From Bugula neritina (Eukaryota > Animalia > Bryozoa), in assembly GCA_964035545.1 (NCBI GenBank), contig OZ037768.1, positions 23,717,319 through 23,781,318 of the forward strand: a stretch of DNA of 64,000 nucleotides, in the 5' to 3' direction. Below are positions 26,321-38,794 of this stretch, piece by piece (position 1 is the first letter of the stretch; each line of letters opens with the position of its first letter). The position numbers were made by a program, and so were the translations under genes. The notes beneath the pieces are model-generated. The model saw only the letters and a list, made by a program, of their open reading frames with translations, was not told the origin of the DNA and ran no database searches.

Positions 26321-29300
26321 CTAGCAGCGACTTCTGGTGTAAATCATCGGCACCCGCTTGTTATCAAAGCATAAGTCACAGGCCCAGGACGCTGCCGGCT
26401 CCTTGCTGATGTACTGATACGCTGCCTCCGTCATGCAGGTGCACTGACGATGGAACCAGATGTTGCAGCCCAGTTCACACAGCAGCGCCTCGTCCGCCTC
26501 TGAGATCTCCTTGTGACAAGTTCCACACGAGTAGAGCGGCACCAGCGGTGGCGGGTGGTTGCCTTGCGGAAACGGCGCGGATTCCTCCCCGGGATATGCC
26601 GGGTTAGTCATACCGGGCGCATTCGGAGGACCTGCTGCACCAGCTGGAGAGACGCTAGAAGGCACTCCTGGAGGCATCCCTGGCTGACTGTGACCCATTC
26701 TTCCGGGTGAAATACCACCAGGGGGCATTTCATCTGAATGCACCCCACCAAGTGGCCCTCCATTCATTGGTATTCCGTTCATTGGGGCCATGTTAGGGGG
26801 CATCCCAGGAGAGTAAGGGGGAGCCATGCTGTGCTGGGCAGGGTGGGGGGCCGGGGAGTGGGTCATCATTCCCGCCATCTGCGGACTGACGGCTGCAACA
26901 TAATAAAATAGCCAATCAAATCAGTTCATACAACTTTGAGGCAAAATAGTAGAAAGTGATGTAACTAAAGTAGTTAACTTAATTTTCTTGTCTTGAACAG
27001 CACTGATATGAACAGGAAATACCTCACTATCAAACAGTTGTTACAGTAAGTAAAAATGTTTGAAACTGGTGCGAATACTTGGCACGAGTTTTAAACCATC
27101 ACATAGTTTGAGTGGTGGCTTAAAACTACATGCATCAAAAAGAAGGACCAAAGTAAAATTAAATGAAAGCACATCCTGTTTAGTGAAGGGAAAGATAGAC
27201 ACAATGAGAAAAGAGACCAACCTTGAGGGTACATGTGCTGAGGGGGTGGCATGGGAACAGAGGACTGTCTCATGTATCGCATACCGGCCGCTTGTGGGTG
27301 GCCCATCATCTGCCCACCACTGTTGAGGGGAGAGTGAGGGCTAGGAGGGTGGGGGTGTGGCATCATGTGAGGGGGCAGTCCTCCCTGCATGTGTGGGGGG
27401 CCTCCTGGCATCATTGTGTGACCTGAGAAGGGAAATATAGACTTAGAACTATACGTAGGATATAATATAGACTTAGAACTATACATAGGATATAATATAG
27501 ACTTAGAACTATACGTAGGATATAATATAGACTTAGAACTATACGTAGGATATAATATAGACTTAGAAACACAGACTTAATCACAGACATCGCATTTAAC
27601 CAACAATTGTGAAAGAACTCTACTGAATTCAATCCACCCAGGTTTTTAGCTAACAAGCTCTCAGTCTCATCAATTCAACTATAACGTAGATAGGTAACTC
27701 CGAGCATATGTATTTACATTTCACCAATTATTATTTTAGAATCTGTGTGCTCTTTCTCTTGGTTTACTTTAGCTTCAGTCAAACTAAAACTACCCAACGG
27801 GTGAAAAAAAAGATATAAAAAAATACTTACTCAGGTTTTAGATTAAAAGTCTAAATTTGAACCTTTTACAATAACAGTTGATCTCAGATTGAAAAGTATT
27901 TTGTAGTGACGCTAGCTATTTCAATTAACAACAATTCGGTCAGCTTTGAGTTGAAAAAGCTACATTTGAAGCGTAGAGTTTAGCTACCAACTATAAGCAT
28001 TGAGCTCTCAGCACGGCAAAATAAATGACTCATTCCCAACAGAACAGGGAGAGAAGAGATCAAATGGTTTAGAAGAGTGACTACGTGGGAATAAGTTGTC
28101 CTTTTGTTAAATTACAGGTTATACCACCAAATAAAGGGTTAAGCTCTCATGTATTGTAACATGTCACATGACTAGCCAGGATAATACCCTGCAGTCACTA
28201 TTTAGCCTTATTTACTAGACACACAGAAAAAAAGGCTTAATTACTAAGGCTAAATAAAAAGAGCATGATTTGAGTATAAAAAAGCTGTTTCAATTTTAGG
28301 TTAAGTGATTTTTTATACAAACAACAAATGAATAAAAAGAAATATATATAAATATACATAAACTCACCATGGTGCATGGGTGGTGCGCCATGCATGTGAT
28401 CATCATAGCATGGGTACCCCATCGTCTCGTTGGGTGGGGGGTTGAAGCCAGCCTTGTGGGGAAGGCCAAATCCAGGGTTTGGTGGTACAGCATTGTTTAT
28501 CTAATAGCAGTAAATATTAAATTATATACCAATTATCTAATGTGATTTATTATTAGTGTCAATACTGCATTTTGTTTGCTTGTAACAACATTTTTCTATT
28601 GCTATGAAAAAGGTTGGAAAAAACTTGATAACTCTTTATTTAACCGCATATTATAAACATTGAACGCATATTATAAACATTGAACGTTTGAAAATAATCA
28701 ATGTTAGCCAAATGATGATTTGCTGCATGCAATGTTAGTCAAATCATGATTGGCTGCTTGTAAAACTTGCCTGTGCTGGTATACTTTGGCTTCTAGCAAC
28801 TTTCTTTCTCTTCTTCTGAGGACTTGGTGGTGGGGGTTTAGAGGATTCTGAAGATGGCGGGTTAGTGTTCTCCCCACCCTCACCACCACCTCTACAGTTT
28901 AAACAAATGTTTATTCCTTAGTTATGCTGCTTGTTAAGTTTTGGTTGTTAATTTCAAATATTTAACTTTTTGTAAACTTTAGTCTTTGCAGCTATTTGTA
29001 TTACAATCATAATTATTGTTATATTAGTAATATGTATTAACAACAATGCCAATAAAAAAGATTAGGGGTTATGACTATAGTCTATGCGATATAATAAATC
29101 TCTAATTAGCAAAACAATAGACACAGCAATAAATCATATATAGTAGATGTATTAATTAAAAATCCTCTAATTATAGCCTATCTTAGAGTTAGTCTAGTGA
29201 CATGAAATAAATGTATTGGCTGAACAACGACTGTGCTGGTAATAAAAATATTATGATTAGTATTAGTAACGTACTTGATAAATATTAATTAAACTCACAC

Positions 29301-29727
29301 TGAATTTTAGCCTAGCTAGACAACTACAAGTGATATGAAATAAACTTTTTGTATTTTAGACTAACAGTTAGAGTCCGTGCCAAACTATAAATTCATAATC
29401 ACAATGACACTAGTTATAACTTATAATAATAATAAAAATAGACTATAAAACATGATGCTGAGCTTGATGCTGAAAACCAATGACCATGTGATTGTGATTT
29501 ATCATGTTAGTGAGTTCCTGTCGAATTTTTCTTCCCACTATGACTATGAGTATAAGTATGACTAAACCAGTAAATGTAATGAGCATCAGTATAACTAACA
29601 ACAGTGACTGGTGGGTGATCTTATAGTTATTATACTTATAGTTATAGCTTTGATAGAAATAAAATTGAACTATTATGTCTATTGCATGTATTCATAATTT
29701 AAACTTATATTACCTATGTAAAGGCAT
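26321..29727 (-). CDS. pygo: Pygopus homologue (NLS, Pro/Gly/Met-rich linker, C-terminal PHD finger), 5 coding exons
   Basis: Exons 29727-29714 (MPLHR), 28891-28771 (SPQKKRKKV NLS; GC donor), 28500-28368, about 27422-27222 and about 26892-26321. The PHD YSCGTCHKEISEADEALLCELGCNIWFHRQCTCMTEAAYQYISKEPAASWACDLC matches the Pygo PHD. Confidence 0.9.
27435..27570. repeat. 30-bp tandem repeat (ATAGACTTAGAACTATACGTAGGATATAAT), about 4.5 copies
   Basis: Abuts a pygo splice acceptor. Confidence 0.9.
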
Positions 29728-30469
29728 ACTGATTCTGAAGCCAAAGGCCTATGGCTTGTATTTCACTTTCGCCTGCTACCGCTACGGCTATGCCATTAAA
29801 TTTAATTTCAAATCACAAATGGCTCAACATTTCATAAATTTAGCAAGTTGCAAATTATTTGCACAGTAAAACAACCGTTACTACTTAAAATATATAGTAG
29901 ACATCACGTGTAAAAAAATTTATGGAAAAATAACTGAAAAAACAAAACTTAACCAAACTCAAAATCTATGGCTTTAACTTTTTAGTTTTTTATATCCAGT
30001 AAAAAATGAACATTGCTCGAAGCAGCACCGAATTCGAGGTTGCTGAGTTCATTAATTTGGGGGTATCGAGTTTCGAGTTCGAACAACCATGTGTATACAA
30101 ATACTGTACTAAGTCACTCACAGCTTGGTGCTGCTGCTATCGATACTTAAAAGACTAGTACAAAGATTACAGCCGGAAACAATAATATAAGCTAACTTTT
30201 CCAAGATTTGTGTTTTCTGTTTAGACTGAGAGGCTGATAGAGTTTTCTCGGCTATAATTCACACCTTTCTGACAGGGTAAACTTGGCGGAGAAGAAAGCT
30301 GGATTTTGCTGGTCTAAACACCATCATTATGATTATCATTATGTAACTACAGACGCAGCTCTGAGATTTAATGTTAGTTCATTGAACTTAGTTACTCATA
30401 CTGAAACCTTTAGTAGTACTACTATTACTTTTACAAATATTAATATTAGTTTTACATTTTGATTTACTC

Positions 30470-31037
30470 ATTTACTACAAAAGAAATAAATTCCATCGGA
30501 GAGGTACAAACACGGGCAGTAAGAGCCATAGCTAACATCAAGGGTAGAAGAGGAGTGCGAGAAGCAAAAGAAAGACTGGAGCTGGCCGCCCTCGGTGAAA
30601 GAAGAAGAACTCGACGGCTAAGACTCCTTATGAGGATACTCCAAAAGGAAGAATATCACCCAGCACTCTGACTCTCTGCAGCGTATGAGGAACTAATAAA
30701 TACCCCGGAAAGTTTTATCCAAACTAGGGCCCAAACACTAGGACAGCCAAGATCAGTCAGCACCAATAATAACTGCTATTATAACAGCTTCTTGCCACGG
30801 ACAATCCGTGACCTTAAAGGGAACAATCCTTGCAAGACTAATTTACACACAGAATAATCTAAACATTGACAGGTTAACTTACCTGTACTAATAAACAATA
30901 TTGCAACACACACTGCAACCAATTTATGGACTATTGTATGCATTTTACTTTCTGACCAACCGTAAACATATGAGGCATGCCGCTTCTGCTACCTAGTGGT
31001 CTAGCATGATCGTAATCTGGAGGTAACTGGAGGAGGA
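30470..31037 (+). mobile_element. 5'-truncated non-LTR retrotransposon (CR1/L2-group LINE) 3' fragment
   Basis: Translation EINSIGEVQTRAVRAIANIKGRRGVREAKERLELAALGERRRTRRL..*..TRAQ..YYNSFLPRTIRDL resembles the post-RT C-terminus of CR1/L2-group ORF2. In-frame stop at 30669-30671; putative 3' UTR to about 31037; TSD not identified. Confidence 0.75.
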
Positions 31038-32029
31038 AACTGTTTTACAGTTTCAGTTTGAGTTACAGTTAGACTTAGTGAGTTACACTTACAGTTACTG
31101 TTAGTGTTACTGTTAGTGAGTTTGACTTTCCTTTTATTTTTAGTTTTAGTTTTACTAACTAAAGTTAGAGTAAATCTAAGACTAATGACTATAAATGAGT
31201 AATCAGTAATGGTACGACTGCCACATTTATTTCTACCTCTAGTATTACTAGGTCTAGGAGTAGGTCTAGTAGTAGCACTACATTTATTATTTAATATTAG
31301 TATTGGTATTACTGCTACTAAGTCTAATAGTAATAGAGTACTAGTATTACATTTACTATTAGTTTGATAGTAATACTAATAGTAGAAGTATTACTATTTG
31401 ACTATTGCTATTAGTATTAGTATTAGACTTAGTAGTAGTATTAGAGGCCATTTTTCGTCTTAATACGCTTTATTTATAATACTACTAGTACTACTAGTGC
31501 TATTGGTAGTAGCACCTGTACTAATATAAATATGTTTACTAGTGCTACTCTAATTCCTATACTCTTGATAGTAATACTAGCAATACGAATTACACTGACT
31601 GTGGTTAGAGGTTAAGGAGTGAGTCTAACCACTATGAGTTTAGTTGTGTTAAGTTTATAGAAGTATTTTGTTCTACTCCTTCAATATAAAAAAGCAAAGA
31701 TTCCTACCCTGTCCATAATATTGATTACCTTGAAGTTGTGTACTTGACACTGCTATTGTTGTTTTGAAACATTTCAGCTCTCTATTGGGTAAAGAAATTG
31801 TGTTCGAAATTATGTCATCTTCTTTTAATGATGAGATTTTAACAAAGCCTGGAGTCATGAATGTGTACATTATCTCAAGTGTCATTATATCTTTAGATAT
31901 TGCAGCTGTAATTTATTTTTCAGCTATATGAAGGTCATACTAACCCTGAATAAAGTTGAGTCGGCTTGCTTTTACTTGTAGACTTATCAATGGCTTAAAG
32001 TATGGCAACACCATCTCTAGCTAAACAAT

Positions 32030-34251
32030 ATGACCTTAAAGGTAACTATGATTCTGCTATTACTCTGAGGAGCAACTTCTGAGTCAAAGCTTTGGGTCAT
32101 AATGATCTTTTAGCTATGTTTTGCACTTTGTCTAAATATGATAAAACTTGCAATGAAGTGAAGCTTCAATTGCTTTGCTCTTACTTTCCTGGAAAACATT
32201 TCACCCTCAGTATTGAATAGTATAAAATGAGTAAAGGACTTCTGTAATGTTATTGTCATCATTGCAATTATTGTGTTATACCTTGCACTATTTTTTGCAC
32301 TGTTTCTGAATTGTTTTGTATTTGCATTTACAGGTAACGTTTATTCTGGTTCCCGTAGTAACGGCTGTAGTTGCCATATTGCTGTACAGAAGGTCACATG
32401 ATGTAATCCCTGCCACTACAAAGACCTGTCAAGGAGAGCTGGAGAGATCAGTGTGTGTAGTCACGTCCGTCTGCTACCACCGAGATGACAAGTATGTCTA
32501 AGTTGACAAGTATGTCTAAGTTGACAAGTATGTCTAAGTTGACAAGTATGTCTAAGTTGACAAGTATGTCTAAGTTGACAAGTATGTCTAAGTTGACAAG
32601 TATGTCTAGCTAGATTTGTATTACAGTTATACAGATTTAATGTTGTGTTATAAAAATGAAAAGTTTAAGTGTTTTTTTTGTATTTATAACTACTATAACT
32701 ATCAAAGTAAAAAGCAGAGAAATATGATAAAATTATAATCTGTAAAGCTAATAGCCTAAGTTCTGATTATATTTGTATGAAAGCTATAGACTGTATTTCT
32801 CACCTTGTTGGTAGTTTGGTTTGAGGGATCTTAACAGAGTTATCTTCTCTTTACTGCCACACATAATTCATATTGTTAGTAGTTGTCTTATTTTTATTAT
32901 AATTTGTGTTACTAACTAATCACTATCTTTAGCCTTAGCGCTCAAATTTAAAATAAAATATCTCAGCTGTGTAACGAACCCTCAGTTACATTCTTTTAGT
33001 TAGTCGACTCCGAGAATAATTTTCATTATTAATATTTTTCAAATTAGAGTCCAAGTAAGGGAGCACAAATCTTAATTATAAATTGAATAGTAGGGAAATT
33101 AGTAATGGGTCTATAGTCTATACTGAATGCTTACTTCTCATTCCTGTAGAGATGCGACTCACAAACTCTACGGAACAGACTTACCAGACGCTCACCTGGA
33201 GAGTCTGGCTTACATAATAGCACCTAATGTCTTCCCACAATCCTTAGTATACCTGTCTGCACCTCCAGACGCGCAGTTGAACTCGCAGACGTTCTCACAG
33301 GAAATGGCGTTCCTCTTCACCAGGTTCAAACCCGACAACATAATGCATGTGTTTCACGATGACTTGCTGCCTCTTTATGCTGTGCTGTCGGAGGTTTTCC
33401 CCGACACCCAAGCGCCATTTCCTGTGCGACTTGTGTTCGCAGACGACTTTGGAGTTATGCCCCATGATGACTTGTACCAACTCCTCTCTTCGTACGACCT
33501 TACTTATGAGTCTCGTAGCCTGTGTTTCAGAGAAGTGATTGTGGGGTTCAACAAGAAGTCCCTCTGGTATCAGTACGGGTTTGCTTCCCCTCAGGGCCCC
33601 GTACCTCACAACAAGACTTATATCCAACACCTGATACACTCATTCAAAGCCTCAGTTTTTAACTCTACTGTGCCACAAGAGAACAACCAAGTATTGTTGT
33701 TCAGCAGATCTGAGTCTAGGCTGATCTTGAATGAAGCGCAACTCAGCCTTAGCTTGGCCCAAAAACTCGGCGCTTCAGTCAGGACTTTGGATCTGGAGGT
33801 ACATTTCGTACAGGAAGTGCTGGCTGAAGTGTCAAGGACTAGTCTAGTGGTGGGCATGCACGGCTCAATGTTCATCAGCCTGTTGTGGGCCGCACCAAAC
33901 ACAAAGGTGTTGGAGTTATTCCCCTACGCTGTGCCGCATGATCAGTACACTCCCTACAAGACGCTGGCTGGTATACTAGACTTGGAATATGTCGCCTGGA
34001 CCAACACCGAGCTGAGTCATACTGTCGGCCATATTGATTATCCTCGGGAGTACGGCGGGCTACTCCATCTGCAGCCTGAGCTCCAAGAAGAGATTGTTGA
34101 GCAGAAGGTGGTGCCACCCCATCTGTGTTGTGACGACCCGTCTTGGCTCTATCACATATACCAGGATACTGTGGTTAATGTGACCCAAATACTTGACCTT
34201 GTTTGTAAGTTAACTTCCTGTTTGTTATGTGTGGCTGTAGTTTATACATGA
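32030..34251 (+). CDS. POMGNT2: Protein O-linked mannose beta-1,4-GlcNAc transferase 2 (GT61); 3' end uncertain
   Basis: Exons 32030-32041, 32334-32491 (type II TM anchor VTFILVPVVTAVVAILLY) and 33150-34204/34251. Motifs RFKPDNIMHVFHDDLLPLY, WYQYGF..PQGP, GMHGS, ELFPYAV...YTPYKTLA, VPPHLCCDDPSWLYHIYQDT. Confidence 0.9.
32487..32608. repeat. 18-bp tandem repeat (GACAAGTATGTCTAAGTT), about 7 copies, spanning an exon/intron junction
   Basis: The first unit contains the end of POMGNT2 exon 2 and its donor (AA|GTATGT). Confidence 0.95.
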
Positions 34252-34614
34252 AAAGTATGGCTTCTATTGATCGGAGTTGTCTACTTTTTAGAGTTGCCTT
34301 ACACCGTGGAATCCTTACCAATATTGCCTGTCACTAAGGTCAACAGTTTCAAGGTATTTTTTGTACTTCCAAAACGCATTTATTATAGAATTTCATATTT
34401 CAAAAAATGTATTCTGTTTTAGCGAGAATTTAGTTTCTAGTGTCATAGAGCCGGTATCTGTTAATTGTTTTAGATAGATTACCTTTCTATACTATAGAGT
34501 TAGAATATGCATGACAGTGTGTTGTGTGTATCTAAGTTAGTAGGTAGTAGAATTTATTATCCCTCACCATTCGTGTGATACAAGCTAATCTTATTATCAG
34601 TTTATCTTTCAGTA

Positions 34615-34790
34615 TATCTGTCAACACATCTGTCTACACATCTGTCAACATATCTGTCAACACATCTGTCTACACATCTGTCAACACATCTGTCTACACA
34701 TCTGTCAACATATCTGTCAACACATCTGTCTACACATCTGTCTACACATCTGTCTACATATCTGTCAACATATCTGTGTACACATCTGTC
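34615..34790. repeat. 12-bp tandem repeat (ACAYATCTGTCW), about 14 copies
   Basis: Direct repetition downstream of POMGNT2. Confidence 0.9.
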
Positions 34791-36171
34791 AGCTTGGTAC
34801 TTAAATATCTGTATCTATTTTCTTGCCTTTGAATCTGTCCATATTTGTTTTATCGTCAGTCTTTGTTGTTTTTTACTGCGGATGGAATAATCCAGAAAAG
34901 TCACACTTTATACCTCCGGCTGTCAATAATATTTATATACATACAAAACGCGGCACACTTACTTATTGATTTCGTTATTAGAGTAATAACAATATGATCT
35001 TTTATTCAATATCTAATCTAATAGACTATCCTAACACTTTGTGTCTTGCCTTTTAGCTAATACAGCACTGGTGATAATTCTCTCTTTGATACACAGCACT
35101 ATATTTCCTAGCTCTACTCTGGGTGAGTTGAATGTATATATGTTATTATAATCGAGTAATAGTAATATATAGTAGTGCTATGAGTGTATTTTTCTCCTAA
35201 AATTATTGTCTTCTATTCTTTTTGTGTGATTGTACTGATTATATTGTTCACATCATTTGTTAGTTTCCATTTTTATGTTTCATCAAATCTTATGTGTGAT
35301 CACTTTTTAGTTTTGGTTGGAAGCTTCGCTTTTCAAATTTTGCATAAATCACAAAAAGTTTATGTTGGACAGCGGAAGTTTTGAAATGTTGCCAAATATG
35401 CTGGATGGTGTAAAACACTTCTCTATCTTTGTTTTATCTAAGGCCTAATTACGTGTTCCATTATAAAGCACAAAAGGTGTGTCACAATGAGCGGGAATTC
35501 ACTCGGGAATTGATGTGTAAATCAATTATGTTTAGTTGGCAGTTAGTCCTCTGTCCAATGAAGATACAACACTTAGAGTAGATTAGTCAGTGAAAGATTC
35601 CTAAGTGACTTAACTGTATAAACCCATTACACATCTGCTCTACTGTGTATGCCAAGTGTTCATTCATTATCTAACTCTGCATTCACAAGTTTATTAAGGA
35701 ATTCATTCAATGTGAACTGTTATATTGTTCAGCTACAAGGGATTCCTTCCTCAGTGAGCTGAGTCTATTTCAGCAGTTTACTGGATAGGGCACACACTGA
35801 AGATGCACCGTAATGATAGTCAAGGGAGTGAAGTTCATAGGGCTAAGTTGAGTAAACTCAGAGAAGAGTGGTTGGGTCGGGAGATGGCAAACCTTCTGGA
35901 ACCTTCCAGTCATAGAAAGGTAGATAAGTGACTTTTCTACTTGTCTATTGTTACGCATTATATTGTACTACAGTTGATATCACAGTGTCATACGTGAACA
36001 CTCATTTTGGGTCAATTTCCTATTTCAGACTTATCGTGACTTAAATGAAGCTCTGTACTAAAACTTCAACTTAATGACTTAAGCGTTTGTCTTTAGACCA
36101 CAAGTAGTACCAAGTGTTTGTCTATACTCTGTACCCAAACTGCTGTAACCTTTCCATACTGTGTGGTGTAG

Positions 36172-38794
36172 ATGGCAAGTACAGCCAGCACCTCTGACTC
36201 TGGACTTGGTCTCAGTCCTTTCGAGGATATAACATACCCACAGGAAGTGATGCTGCCTTCCCATAATGCTCAGTATGGAGCCCACGCTGCCGCACATGGG
36301 TATGGCTGGTAGACCTTTCTCCCACTATTAATACATATATATTGCTGTTATATCTTTAGTCATAGCTAACTAAGGGATATTTTTATTAAGAAATATTGAT
36401 GAAAATGTTTGGGTGTTCAAAATTGTAGTGAGTTTTCATTTTTACTACATGTTAGGGTAGTGAGATAATGGTGAATGTATTTTATTATTCATATCCAAAA
36501 GGTATTCTAATCATGTTTAACTTAATAAGATTTTCTGTGCTGCCATTTATACTGGAATGTTTCAAACATTCCATCAGTTGGCATATCGCCGTGCACCATC
36601 TGTGGTTAGTTGTTCGTGTAGCCTCGGGGTTTGGCTGGTAATTGATTATTGAGTTCAGGAGTTATGTCATGGCAAGCATTTCTCTCCTGAGACTGCTTGC
36701 TGCTGTTGCACTGAATGTGTCATAATGAAGGCAGCGCTGCCGTGGAAAGTTTATTGACTTAATTACGATGACGCGATGATTCACGGCCACGAAGTTGCTA
36801 ACAACTAAATTGAATATTAGAGAATGTGTGATGCGTTGTGTAATTGAAATATGAGCTAGAATGTGTTCACATTCACAGAATCTGAACTTTATTTTGCTGA
36901 CTTTGGCAGCGTATGTAAATAGTAACACCTCCGTCAGTTTGCTGTGCTCATGAAACTGTAAAATCTTAATTTGTCATACATAGAGGATGCTTGGTTTGCT
37001 CAGCCTACTATTTGATAATCTAAATTCTCTAAATTGTTTACTGCTAAAGTTATTAGCTAATTGCCAGTAATTAAATACTTTAGTTACCTTTGCCCTCGAA
37101 TAATAACATCGCAAAACCACTACCTTGCAATGTGTGTCAAAGATATCTACTAAATAATATAAGCTGACATATTGTGGAGTTGCCATCTCACTTTACTCTA
37201 ATATAGTATTCCGTTAATATTCCACTCAATTTATTAGTTTGTTTATATTCCTACGTGATTTTACAGGACTAGGTTAGCAGCTAATAACCAGATACACATG
37301 AATTGTAATAATTGGAATGGCTGTTAATTAATGTAATATATTTATCACTTTGAGTGGTGCACTTATTTCATTGAAACAATCAGTTGATATATTGTAATTA
37401 TGCTAATTGTTGAAAATTTAATTAGTGTAAATAATTAACATTGTTTGGTCAGTTTTCATGTCTTTAGAAACAAATTATTGGGTATGTTTATTATTTTTAG
37501 AATAACTATTAATAGCTCATGTTGTCTAATGAATGCTAACAAATGAGCATGAAGGTGAAGGTCATTATGAAGCACTAGTTTTAAGAATAAATAGCGCCAA
37601 ATTTCCCGCCTGCTAAAGACGAGAGTTGATATGTTGTAGGCTGCTGTCAGAGGAAGTGCTAGTTGCGACGATTCAGAGTGAGGCTGAGACGAGTCAGTAC
37701 ATTGTGGACATGCTGGCCTCCACACAGACGATGAGACGGAGGAAGCAGCAGTACGATGAGTCACAGCTGACGTACAGAAGGCGGGGTTTAGTCGCTCGAC
37801 AGACGCTGTACACGAGCTCTCCGCCTGCCCCCAAGCAGTCAGTGTGGGGGGAGATGTTTGATAAGATGTTGAACAAACTGAAGGGTATTGAGACTGGCTC
37901 AGAGAGTGAAGGGGACGGGGGAGGTAACTCCCTACCACGTGACTGTACTGAGAGCTGGTCAGCTGGCTACAGCAACACGGAGTATCATCTGGAGAGCCAC
38001 AGCGGCGAGGCTGCAGATTACACCTGGGTCAGCACTATAGCAGTTGTCTCCCCGTCCCGGAGTCAATTAGACAATGAGGTGAATTCTGAGCCTTCCGCTT
38101 TAATATCACAGGAAATGACCTCACAGGAAGTGACCTTACAGGACGGTAAGAAGGAGGGGCTGGCTGACCCGTCAGACTCTGCTGCCTACTGGGAAGAAAA
38201 CTGGAATGATGAGTCATCGACCAGCTCTCACGTAGAGTATTGCGAGGGATGCAGCGGGCAGAAAACTCCCAACTCTGAAGGAAACGTGATTCCAACTTTC
38301 TGCTACAAAAACCAGAACTGCGCGAGTTTTGACAGATCATTGAAAGAGCAACCTTCACCTCTGGACGGCCTTCAGAGTATAACTTTCCGCCGGCCGGATT
38401 TATTATCTTTGCAGCTGCCGATGTCTCCAATCAGAAAGACCGACAGCAGTAAGTATTCTTGATAGTGTTAGTTAATAGTGTAGAGTTTCCAGAGTATTCT
38501 ATTTGAGTCACGTCACTGTGTTGAAGGTTTTCTAACAATTTTAACATTTAACGTTGTTAAATTTAATGTTTAGATTTTATTTTAGAAGTGACCAAATTTC
38601 TTTTGACATGCACCTAAAACTCTATGTCTGTATAGTGCATATGCTGTATGATTGTAGATAGTGATGTGTGGATAGAACAGTCCGAGACTATCTCTAACAC
38701 CCCCAGTGCTTTTGTAACAAAGAGTCATAGCTCTCAGTCTAAATCATTCACTTCTGTCTGGAAACGCATCAAGAAGTTGTTTAGTAACCGCTGA
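36172..38794 (+). CDS. Uncharacterised spliced protein (about 357 aa; Ser/Glu-rich, likely disordered)
   Basis: Exons 36172-36299, 37640-38448 and 38658-38794 join in frame at GT-AG sites (MASTASTSDSGLGLSP...SFTSVWKRIKKLFSNR*) and are GC-richer than the flanks. No family recognised. Confidence 0.72.
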
